A stretch of DNA of 58,430 nt from an uncultured archaeon (GTDB taxonomy: Archaea; Aenigmatarchaeota; Aenigmatarchaeia; CG10238-14; SCSR01), in the NCBI GenBank assembly GCA_964645905.1, contig CAZYBR010000001.1, forward strand, positions 1-58,430, read 5' to 3'. The stretch's first letter is position 1. Each line of letters begins with the position of its first letter. A model generated the notes under the pieces. The model was not told the origin of the DNA. It was given only the letters and a program-made list of their open reading frames with translations, and did not search any database. Positions 19,941 to 27,904 of this stretch are shown here, in pieces. The translations under genes and the position numbers were made by a program.

Positions 19941-20507
19941 ATGAAATCTGCTTTTATTGTGCACGGATGGGGAGGAAACCCGAATGAAGGGTGGTTCCCG
20001 TGGTTGAAAAAGAACCTGCAGCGAAATGGTTTTGTCGTTCAAGTGCCTGTACTGCCGATGCCTGAGATGCCCCAGATAGACAGGTGGGTATCGGCATTGA
20101 GAAGAGCTGTCGGGACTCCGAACGAACAGATGTATTTTGTCGGGCACAGCATGGGATGCCAGACGATTGCCAGATTTCTCGAATCTCTGCCTGCAAATGT
20201 AAAGGTCGGTGGAGCCGTATTTGTTGCCGGATTCTTCAAGAGACTTACAGGTATAGAAACTGACGAAGAAAAGGCAATAGATAACCATTGGCTTGGGACG
20301 CCGATTGACCTTGAAAGGGTCAAGGCGCATTTGAATAAAAGTGTTGCGATTTTTTCCGACAATGATCCATTTGTCCCGCCGGACAACCAAGATGATTTCC
20401 GCCAAAAACTTGGATCTGAAATAATAGTAGAACGCAGAAAAGGGCACTTTAGTGGATTGTTGGAGCTGCCTTCTGCTTTCGAAGCTGTTCTAAGAATATC
20501 TAAATGA
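19941..20507 (+). CDS. Alpha/beta serine hydrolase (YdeN/RBBP9-like)
   Basis: FIVHGWGGNPNEGWFPWLKKNL at the N-terminus and the nucleophile elbow GHSMG. Confidence 0.7.
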   Translation: MKSAFIVHGWGGNPNEGWFPWLKKNLQRNGFVVQVPVLPMPEMPQIDRWVSALRRAVGTPNEQMYFVGHSMGCQTIARFLESLPANVKVGGAVFVAGFFKRLTGIETDEEKAIDNHWLGTPIDLERVKAHLNKSVAIFSDNDPFVPPDNQDDFRQKLGSEIIVERRKGHFSGLLELPSAFEAVLRISK

Positions 20508-20908
20508 CATTAGGCGAAGCTCTATCTTCTTACCCTTAGACTATCGGCGCATCCTCTCACATGTGCTTTGTAGAGTCTTACAGATTTTCTCATATGGCAT
20601 TTCGGGCAATTATGTTTCAATTTAATCACTTACAGAAGAATTAGTTTCCAGTATTTGCAAATTAGTAGAAAATAATTTCGCTGTACAATTCCTTTTTATT
20701 GTAAGGATAAATAGGGCTAAATACGTCTAATTATTTAGTTGAACTTCTAGAAGAAAAAGGGATAATTAAAGAACATGAGTTTGACAAGAAGTTGAAAGAA
20801 AGATTAAAAAAAAGTTCAAAGTTAACTAAATTTGATGATTTATAAATTATCCTGTGCGATTAAAACTCATTTTCAATAAATGGTATTTCAAAAAAATAGA
20901 GCTAATGC

Positions 20909-22441
20909 CTATTTTACCACAGCCTCAAACGGAATACTGATGTCAGGTTTGACGGGATCATTCGATAAAATAAATATTTCGCCTTTGTAAGTTCTGGGTG
21001 GTGCCACCTCTATTGGAAATTCTGCCGTATATATAATTTCGCTCTGCGGATTGAGGAAAAAATGAGAATAATCTCCATCCATTATTTGCCAAGAGCTAAA
21101 ACCGAAAGCCTCCTGCCACCCCTCGTTTGATTTATGATACCACGGATGCAAAAACATATAACCTAGTAATTTTAATGGAGAATTCCCCAAATTTTTAATC
21201 TTTAGATCCATTTTTGGTTGAGTATTTGTAAAATATAGCTTGGTTGGTTCAATACTAATTATTGGGTCATTAGGTTGGTGTGTAGTTGGTCTTTCTATAT
21301 AACGCATTCTTAAAGTTAAATCGCCGAAGGCATTAGAGCCCCCTAAGGGGCTGATTTTTATTGCTTCGTATAACGGTTCCCCAATTGATAATAAGTAATA
21401 CATCGCTGGGTCTGGAATTCCTGTTCCAAAAATTACTACCGGAGCCGCAAAGACCACCAAACCTTCACCGTTAAATAAATAATTACCAGCGATATAATCT
21501 TCTGTTATAAATCTTCCGACAGAGCAAGAGACAAACACCCCTAAAAAGAAACTGACATCAGAAATATCATTCGGGGTGATATTTTTACCATGAAAAGTGG
21601 GGGTACCATGAGCATTTACAAATAAAAGTTCATATTTATGTGGCTTTTTTATTTCGTCTAAATACAGCTGATCTGAATTTTCTTTTCCTGCATCTATAAA
21701 GGTGATACTTTTTTCGTCATACATATTAAAAGCTTTTAAATTGTTTTTAATTCCCGATATGGTATTTCCTCGATATGGTTCAGCTTGTTCCCATATTACT
21801 GGTTCGTACAATAAAATTTTTTGATCATAAGAATATTGACCTGTTCTGTATTCATGATTTCTTTTAAAATAATCCTTTAATAAGGATAATGCGTTTTTTG
21901 TAGAAGAGTTTGGAGTTAATCTAGAAACCCAAAAGGGCGGAATTTGAGTATTCTGGCAATCTGGGTTTGAGTAATCAAAAGCGTCCCACTCATTTGAATA
22001 TTTACAAGCATCGTAAATGTCTTGATAAATATAATCGTATAATGGTAAATCATCTTTTTGATAATACCCAGCAGGGTGATAAAATTTCCCGCTTGGTATA
22101 TCACCGATTAATAGTACCCCATTTAATCGCTGATCATTATAGATTTGTGCGATATACGATTTGATTTCAGAAACACTAGTAGAGGAGGAAAATGTTTTTA
22201 TAATCGTTTGAAAACCAAATTCTTTTTTTACATCATTGCTATAAGTATTAAGTTCTTGAGTAAGCCCATCTCGCAGAGTATCTTCGACTATTAAAAGCAA
22301 GGTATCCTTTTTAATAGTTTGCTGTATATCAGGTACTTGTGTGGGATTTTCTTTAGGTTGAATTAGTATATATGTTATACCAGCACTTACAACAATAGCT
22401 ACGATTATCAGAAGTACAATAAGACTAGAAACACCTTTCAT
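20909..22441 (-). CDS. Membrane-anchored or secreted clan-CD cysteine peptidase-like protein (gingipain/C25-like)
   Basis: N-terminal TM helix. LLLIVEDTL...EIKSYI...VLLIGDIP layout, then a His-Gly / Cys dyad context (FVNAHGTP...VFVSCSVGRF). Confidence 0.5.
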   Translation of the reverse strand: MKGVSSLIVLLIIVAIVVSAGITYILIQPKENPTQVPDIQQTIKKDTLLLIVEDTLRDGLTQELNTYSNDVKKEFGFQTIIKTFSSSTSVSEIKSYIAQIYNDQRLNGVLLIGDIPSGKFYHPAGYYQKDDLPLYDYIYQDIYDACKYSNEWDAFDYSNPDCQNTQIPPFWVSRLTPNSSTKNALSLLKDYFKRNHEYRTGQYSYDQKILLYEPVIWEQAEPYRGNTISGIKNNLKAFNMYDEKSITFIDAGKENSDQLYLDEIKKPHKYELLFVNAHGTPTFHGKNITPNDISDVSFFLGVFVSCSVGRFITEDYIAGNYLFNGEGLVVFAAPVVIFGTGIPDPAMYYLLSIGEPLYEAIKISPLGGSNAFGDLTLRMRYIERPTTHQPNDPIISIEPTKLYFTNTQPKMDLKIKNLGNSPLKLLGYMFLHPWYHKSNEGWQEAFGFSSWQIMDGDYSHFFLNPQSEIIYTAEFPIEVAPPRTYKGEIFILSNDPVKPDISIPFEAVVK

Positions 22442-22480
22442 ATTAAAACTTTGTTAAGATACAAATAAAAAGTACTTTTT

Positions 22481-22535
22481 ACCAACCTTAATTGAGACAA
22501 TGTCCCCCCGCCAAGTTCTGTTAACTTAAGGTTGG
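22481..22535. repeat. Intergenic palindromic element with a C-run core (copy A)
   Basis: ACCAACCTTAATTGAGACAATGTCCCCCCGCCAAGTTCTGTTAACTTAAGGTTGG. The arms CCAACCTTAA/TTAAGGTTGG flank a CCCCCCGCCAAG core. Related copies lie at 24793-24836 and 33162-33185. Confidence 0.7.
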
Positions 22536-22572
22536 CGAAAACTAAAAAAATTAAATCCTGAAAAGCTCGGTT

Positions 22573-23240
22573 TCATCGTCTCCCATCTTCAATCTCAAAC
22601 ATACTTAAAATGGATTCTGTTGTTCTTTGAGCTTCTTGTGGATCAATTTCATCTGTGATTGCGACATCATAAGTAGGAGTTATTTCAGCATGACAATGCT
22701 CGTGTTCTAAATACCATAAAACATCATCATCGGTAACACTAAAAACTGGGATTTCATAAACAAACACTTTCGCTGAACCATCAAATCCTCTTGTTGTATT
22801 TGCAAAAAAGACACCTCCAGAATAAGGTCTGCCACTTCTAATTTCTCTGCGAAACCTTTCTAAAGTAAGTTGAACTTGTCTTTCCTTTTCGATTCGTTGT
22901 CTGATGAATTCTTCTCTTTCAGGGTATCTAATGAATTGTTCTTCCCAGAATTCTATAGTTTTTCTACCGTTTGGATCATAAACAACTTCGGTATGAGCAA
23001 AAGAAACTTTACCTATACTAAGTATTTTATCTAAATACGCTTGAACAACTTTTGGGTCAGAACTTCTTTTAGCATTTTTAGAGTTACCTCTGGTTCTCTA
23101 GTGAGATAATTCCAAAGATAGCTACCTATCCCACCGCTTACAGCTATACCCTCGACTACAAGTAAACTTTTCTTTAAAAAGTTCCTTCTTGTTATTGTTA
23201 GTTCTCTAGATGTTTTTCTTTGTCTTCTGCTTTTGGACAT
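22573..23240 (-). pseudogene. Twin-arginine-signal protein gene split by a frameshift (or sequencing indel)
   Basis: ORF 23240-23031 encodes MSKSRRQRKTSRELTITRRNFLKKSLLVVEGIAVSGG (Tat-like). A second frame is open from 23097 down to 22573 but has no ATG/GTG/TTG until 22767. The frames overlap at 23034-23097, a stretch containing A4-A5 runs. The downstream part carries HEHCH. Confidence 0.45.
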
Positions 23241-23311
23241 AGAAACAATAGAAGAATAATAACTTTATTAACTTTCTTGAATATCTGTCCAGTTTGTTCA
23301 AATATGTGAAA

Positions 23312-23500
23312 TTATTCTGGTGGGCGTGGTGGCTTCTCCTCTGTTACTATAGGAGGTGTAGTTGTTTCGGCTGGAGGTTGCGTTGTAGAAGTTGGTTGTT
23401 CTGATTGTGATAATTTTAAAACATTCCAAAGTACTAATGCACCACCTATAACAATCAGCAAAATTATCAATGCTATTATAATCGTTTTCATATTTTTCAC
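23312..23500 (-). CDS. Small membrane-anchored Pro/Thr-rich protein (62 aa)
   Basis: N-terminal TM helix (IIIALIILLIVIGGALVLW), then a QPTSTTQPPAETTTPPIV...PPRPPE tail. Overlaps the stop of the upstream gene by 4 nt. Confidence 0.45.
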   Translation of the reverse strand: MKNMKTIIIALIILLIVIGGALVLWNVLKLSQSEQPTSTTQPPAETTTPPIVTEEKPPRPPE

Positions 23501-24756
23501 CTATCAGCTAATTCACAATCATTTGTAACTTTTATGAAATAACCTCTAAATAATTTCAAATTGTTATTAAACGGTTTAGAGAATTTATTCTCATCCACAA
23601 TTTCACCCGTCCCCGGATTCATCGATAAAAATTGCCATGGACCTTTTTCTATTTCACAGGTCCCTTTTATATCATTGAAGTTTAGGAGATTAACGGTGGT
23701 ACCACCCTCGAATTTTTCTGTGTACCCAAGCGCAGTAATTGGAGAATTTATGAGATTCCAACCGGTTTTTAATCTTAAGCCCCTCAATGTAACTGATTTC
23801 GTTCCTGATATAAGAATATCACAATCATTACTAGATCTGACATTGTTTTTAGTCTGTACTTCTACCCAAAGTCCTTTTTGTGTTGGTATTTTGGTCCCTT
23901 CTTCAAGTTTTCCAATTTTCGCGTAATCTCCAATATTATTATTCCATGACCAGATTGTTGCCTTGTTACAAGTGCTCTCTAGAACTGTTCCGTATCCATC
24001 ACCATCTTCTATTGGAATAGAAAACAAATTCCATCCAGTACTAAATGTTATTTTTGATGCCTTTTCTACCAGAACATCAATTTTCTTGTTTGTACTATCT
24101 ACGTTTTTGACATTTACATATGATCCGTAAAATCCATTTACAGCATCACCCAATAGTTTATTATTGGTGTCATAAAGGCTGAAATCTGCCGTACCCCATC
24201 TATCGTTAATCTTATCGAAAACAAGGCGATAACCATTGCCTAAAGTTAATTGTTCTCCGATACTTAACGTTGAAATTACACCACCTTTATATGTAAGTTC
24301 CTTTACAACTTCTTCTATTTCTGTTGGTTGCTGCTGTATTGCACCGGGTAATAGTTCATCAATAGATTCAATTGTAATCTGGGCATTTTCGTATCTTGAT
24401 GCAGCTGCTGAAACTGGAGTACTTTCGCCAGAGACACCCAAAATAGATATCTTTAATTTCAGATGTGTGCTATTGCCAAATTTCTTTGGACCCTCCAATT
24501 TAGTAATCGACTCTGTATAAGTACTTGTTATATCTTTTCCACTGTCATCATAAATAATAAAACCAAGTGTTTCACCAGAAGGGGCATAAACAATTGATTT
24601 AATTTCTATTTTCCAATCATCACTAACAGTTACGGTGTCACCCAATTTAACTGTATAAGTTCCATCACCAGAATATTGAGCAGCTATAACAATTGGTATA
24701 ATAAATAAAAATGTAAGTATAATTACTAAACTTAATTTTTCGAGATGTCTATTCAT
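23497..24756 (-). CDS. Secreted or membrane-anchored hypothetical protein (419 aa)
   Basis: N-terminal hydrophobic signal/anchor (LSLVIILTFLFIIPIVIAA). Composition suggests a beta-rich protein. No catalytic motif seen. Confidence 0.55.
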   Translation of the reverse strand: MNRHLEKLSLVIILTFLFIIPIVIAAQYSGDGTYTVKLGDTVTVSDDWKIEIKSIVYAPSGETLGFIIYDDSGKDITSTYTESITKLEGPKKFGNSTHLKLKISILGVSGESTPVSAAASRYENAQITIESIDELLPGAIQQQPTEIEEVVKELTYKGGVISTLSIGEQLTLGNGYRLVFDKINDRWGTADFSLYDTNNKLLGDAVNGFYGSYVNVKNVDSTNKKIDVLVEKASKITFSTGWNLFSIPIEDGDGYGTVLESTCNKATIWSWNNNIGDYAKIGKLEEGTKIPTQKGLWVEVQTKNNVRSSNDCDILISGTKSVTLRGLRLKTGWNLINSPITALGYTEKFEGGTTVNLLNFNDIKGTCEIEKGPWQFLSMNPGTGEIVDENKFSKPFNNNLKLFRGYFIKVTNDCELADR

Positions 24757-24792
24757 AAAAATAATTAGTTTAGATATTAATAAAAAGATTAT

Positions 24793-24836
24793 ACCAACCT
24801 TAAGTTAACAGTGTCCCCCGCCAGGTTCTGGTAAGT
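24793..24836. repeat. Intergenic C-run element (copy B)
   Basis: ACCAACCTTAAGTTAACAGTGTCCCCCGCCAGGTTCTGGTAAGT. Its left arm is the reverse complement of the right arm of copy A. The core CCCCCGCCAGG is shared. Confidence 0.7.
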
Positions 24837-24936
24837 CTTTGACGGTTAGTTAGTGCACAAGTATATTTGTTAAGACTCGATTGGTAGATTTCTTTAAAAG
24901 ATAAGAATTTCAATGTGTTAAAATTCAATTGGTTAT
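24824..24936. repeat. Left arm of the ~113-bp inverted repeat bracketing the 24.9-33.1 kb island
   Basis: GGTTCTGGTAAGT (24824-24836), then 78 nt, then GTGTTAAAATTCAATTGGTTAT (24915-24936), directly followed by the ATG at 24937. It matches the right arm read on the minus strand. Confidence 0.8.
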
Positions 24937-25647
24937 ATGGAAACCTTAAGCCCCTGGATTAATGGACTGATAGACAGTCTTACTGCTACAAGACTTATTT
25001 TAAACACAAATATAGAAAGCAGGAATAGGTTAGCTTTAATTCTATTGGATAGCACATTAGAAGTTTCTTTTAAAAACTACTTAAGCTATGTAAAGGACAT
25101 TAAAAAATTACCAGATAATGTGCTTAAAAATAGAGAAGAACTGCACAAAATTGTTAAGCGCAATACAACCTTTGGAAAAGACATCTGGGACAGTATAGAT
25201 TATTTTTATGATAAAAGAAATGATTTGTATCATGAAGATGTTGGGAAGACTTTGCCAGATCTAAGTATATTAGATTTTTTCAACCTTGTGATATTTATCA
25301 TTGATCAATTATTCTCTATCAATTCACAAGCTTTGATTAAGAACCCTAATGAAGTTTTAGTTAAAATATCTACAAAGAAGATTGGTATAAACAAAACCAA
25401 ATCCAAAATAGAAGCTATAATTGTAGCTGTGGGGTATTCTAACAAAATTGCCTCGAGTTCGGAAATAAAAGACATCCTTAATAGACTAGGTTACAAACAG
25501 ATGCTTACGCCCAGTCAGATTAACACTTTAATGAAGAATAAATATTATAAACATTACTTTTATTACGATAGAAAGGAGAGTACATGGACTTTAAGTGACG
25601 TGGGACAAGATGAGTATTATAGAATGTTAGCTGAATATGGTGAATGA
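24937..25647 (+). CDS. HEPN-like (Rx4H) protein with a C-terminal Mrr_N-like winged-helix module
   Basis: All-helical N-terminal ~130 aa with YDKRNDLYHED (R94-N-x3-H99, the classic RNxxxH HEPN motif). C-terminus ...SSSEIKDILNRLGY...STWTLSDVGQDEY resembles a wH reader domain. Confidence 0.5.
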   Translation: METLSPWINGLIDSLTATRLILNTNIESRNRLALILLDSTLEVSFKNYLSYVKDIKKLPDNVLKNREELHKIVKRNTTFGKDIWDSIDYFYDKRNDLYHEDVGKTLPDLSILDFFNLVIFIIDQLFSINSQALIKNPNEVLVKISTKKIGINKTKSKIEAIIVAVGYSNKIASSSEIKDILNRLGYKQMLTPSQINTLMKNKYYKHYFYYDRKESTWTLSDVGQDEYYRMLAEYGE

Positions 25648-26241
25648 ATGACAGATGAAATAAAAAAGAAAGAAATGAACGTGATTGCCAAAATAGATAC
25701 TCCAAACTTTAAGCTTGAAATTAATACAGTAGTAGACAGAGCAGACTTAGATGATACTCTTTCTTTTATACTATCCACCTTTGAAAAGAATTACAAAAAA
25801 ATAGATAAGATGTACGGATCAACAATAATCCAACCGACTTTACAAAAAGAAACTAAGGTAGAATATCCGTTTAAAGAGTTAAGCGAACCTGTAATAAACA
25901 TCGCTAGAAGAATGGGGGTGAACCCAGAAAAACTGATTGGTAATAATTTATTTGGGTTCAAGAGTGATAAACCGCAAATTTTTGATCCTTCAAGATTCAA
26001 GAGTGCCAATACAGCTGTGCGTGCATTAGTATATCTTTTTGAGATAGGATTAGGAAAGCAATCAGTCCAAAAAGAAGAGTTAGGAGAAGCTTATGAAATT
26101 AGTAAAATAAAGGGTAGAAAAGTTTCTCAATTGCTGCAAGATCTTAGAAAAATAGGTCAATTGGAAAAAAATGAAATAACACTTACAGCAAAAGGAACAA
26201 GTGAAGCTGAAAATGAGTTAAAAGCTTTGTTATCACTTTAG
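25648..26241 (+). CDS. Hypothetical partner protein of the HEPN-like gene (197 aa), possible C-terminal wHTH
   Basis: ATG immediately follows the upstream stop (TGAATG). C-terminus ...KVSQLLQDLRKIGQLEKNEITLTAKG is wHTH-like. No other motif seen. Confidence 0.45.
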   Translation: MTDEIKKKEMNVIAKIDTPNFKLEINTVVDRADLDDTLSFILSTFEKNYKKIDKMYGSTIIQPTLQKETKVEYPFKELSEPVINIARRMGVNPEKLIGNNLFGFKSDKPQIFDPSRFKSANTAVRALVYLFEIGLGKQSVQKEELGEAYEISKIKGRKVSQLLQDLRKIGQLEKNEITLTAKGTSEAENELKALLSL

Positions 26242-27387
26242 ATGTCTTTCTATAATAAATTTATATTTTGAGTGGAATAATTTGTAAAATTCAACCCACT
26301 TCTCAGCCTTCTCTCTAAACTCAAAATCAGTTCTCATACCGAGTTCTCTTTTCGGGTCCTGAAACTCATTTCCTTGCTCGTCAAGTATTTTTACCTTGTA
26401 GATTACGTCTTTCTCAGGTTCTGGAGCAGTATGACCATTGCCCTGATTACCATCAAGTTTAGATTCCATAGCCATTTTTACCAGTTCCATCCATCTGTTA
26501 CCACCGTTCAAATGAATGTTAATTCTGGAAGCCTCTGCAGGAGTCATGCCATTAAGAGACAGATGAGGTCTGATGAAGTTGTAGTAGGTCATAAATCCAT
26601 TCAGTATATCGGACGTGGATTCGGGTTGGTCAAAACCTCTTGTAACTTTTATTCTATCTCTAACAGTCCCATTAAACCTTTCAACAGGATTATTGTTGAT
26701 ACTTCCTCGCAGTCCAGTAGACCATACATGCTTAGTTTGTGGGTGCCTCCAGAATACCTTTCTAATAGCCTTATCGTAAGCTTGCAAACCGTCAGTAATC
26801 ACAACTTTAGGTTTGTTAATCAGTTTAGACTTACTCTCTTTGAATATCGCAACTGCATCAGCTTGATAACGAGCCTTGGATAATTTACAGGCAGTAATGA
26901 ACTTAGTTTCCTTGTCGATGACATTCCATAACCAGTACCATTTGCCTTTCACAGTAACCATCATTTCATCGGCATGAAGAACACCAGAACTTTCTCCTTT
27001 CAGCTTATCAGTAAATTCCTTGAAGATCTTCGAATATTTCCTTATCCAAAATAAGATGGTTACATGGCTTACCTTTACTCCGTATATCTGCCTTAGATGA
27101 TCTTTGACTCCTCTCAATGACATATTCTTGAAGTAGAGGTCTAAGGCAACTGTTATGATTTCTCCTTTATGCTTCATCTTAGGAAAAGTAGTATTGTCTG
27201 AAAATATTTTCTTGCAGGACTTGCATTTGTAAATCTGAATATTACCGATCTTGTTCTTTCTGTTTCCATGTCTGATTACTTCACTCGCTTTACAGTACCT
27301 GCATTTTGTATCTTTACCCATAACGTCACCCATAACTCTATCAATAACTATACACTTACATATATTTAAAGTTATCGGTAACGCCAC
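26233..27387 (-). CDS. DDE transposase (IS6/IS1-like, integrase-core fold) with an N-terminal zinc finger and a ~75-aa C-terminal extension
   Basis: CRYC...CKSC zinc finger. DDE context HADEMMV..., VITDGLQAY..., NNNPVERFNGTVRDRIK. YNFIRPHLSLNGMTPAEA is typical of the integrase core. The true start may be an internal Met (MGKDTKCRYC). Confidence 0.7.
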   Translation of the reverse strand: MALPITLNICKCIVIDRVMGDVMGKDTKCRYCKASEVIRHGNRKNKIGNIQIYKCKSCKKIFSDNTTFPKMKHKGEIITVALDLYFKNMSLRGVKDHLRQIYGVKVSHVTILFWIRKYSKIFKEFTDKLKGESSGVLHADEMMVTVKGKWYWLWNVIDKETKFITACKLSKARYQADAVAIFKESKSKLINKPKVVITDGLQAYDKAIRKVFWRHPQTKHVWSTGLRGSINNNPVERFNGTVRDRIKVTRGFDQPESTSDILNGFMTYYNFIRPHLSLNGMTPAEASRINIHLNGGNRWMELVKMAMESKLDGNQGNGHTAPEPEKDVIYKVKILDEQGNEFQDPKRELGMRTDFEFREKAEKWVEFYKLFHSKYKFIIERHLK

Positions 27388-27432
27388 CGATAGATTTATA
27401 AGTACTCGATGATATTCTTATTTAGTGATATT

Positions 27433-27651
27433 ATGGAACTCGATAAAGAGGCACAAATTATACTAAAGTTAATTGAAGACTCTAAAGAACCTTTGGAAAC
27501 TAGGGAGGTAGAAGAGAAATTTAAAAATCTCTCAAGATCTAAGATTTTGTACAGATTAAATCAACTGAGAGCTGAGGGTATGATTAAAGGTAAATCTATT
27601 GGTGCAGGTAAAGGTAACTGGGTTTGGTGGAGTAAAGAATCGTTTAGGTAA
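27433..27651 (+). CDS. Small winged-helix protein (72 aa), first gene of the type III R-M operon
   Basis: MELDKEAQIILKLIEDSKEPLETREVEEKFKNLSRSKILYRLNQLRAEGMIKGK is wHTH-like. Its stop overlaps the next ATG (TAATG). The track start at 27409 is also possible. Confidence 0.5.
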   Translation: MELDKEAQIILKLIEDSKEPLETREVEEKFKNLSRSKILYRLNQLRAEGMIKGKSIGAGKGNWVWWSKESFR

Positions 27652-27887
27652 TGATTATGGCAGGACAGTATGAAACACTAAGTTGTCCATTTTGTGATAA
27701 AGGCAAGATAACTTGCTTGTATTTCCCTAGTGTTATTAGCGTTAAAAGAGAGAAGTCCGCTACCTTTGGTTCTAAAACATCAAGAAGTAAATCTTCTGAT
27801 ACATGGCTTGTCCAATCTGGGTGCAGCTTTTGTGGTAAATCACAAGAAGAAGTGGAGAAGGAACTAAAAAAGCGAGATATCATTTAA
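27651..27887 (+). CDS. Small zinc-ribbon protein (78 aa)
   Basis: CPFC...(41 aa)...CSFC four-Cys arrangement. Translationally coupled to the upstream wHTH gene. Ends 17 nt before mod. Confidence 0.5.
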   Translation: MIMAGQYETLSCPFCDKGKITCLYFPSVISVKREKSATFGSKTSRSKSSDTWLVQSGCSFCGKSQEEVEKELKKRDII

Positions 27888-27904
27888 CAAAAGTAGGCTA
27901 AATT

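Noticed and set aside
19794-20447. 217-aa minus-strand ORF, plus 20039..20386 and 19954..20196
   Set aside because: They are antisense to the alpha/beta hydrolase gene, which has a clear GHSMG nucleophile elbow. I saw no motifs of their own.
20711-20845. Open frame ending ...LVELLEEKGIIKEHEFDKKLKERLKKSSKLTKFDDL*
   Set aside because: The ~44-codon open stretch has no upstream ATG, GTG or TTG. It is probably a gene remnant and too short to call.
26221-27431. Candidate terminal inverted repeats for the IS (TTATCACTTTAGAT at ~26230 vs the reverse complement of CTTATTTAGTGATAT at ~27417)
   Set aside because: Only about 7 contiguous matching bases, which is easily chance in AT-rich DNA. IS borders are therefore not annotated.
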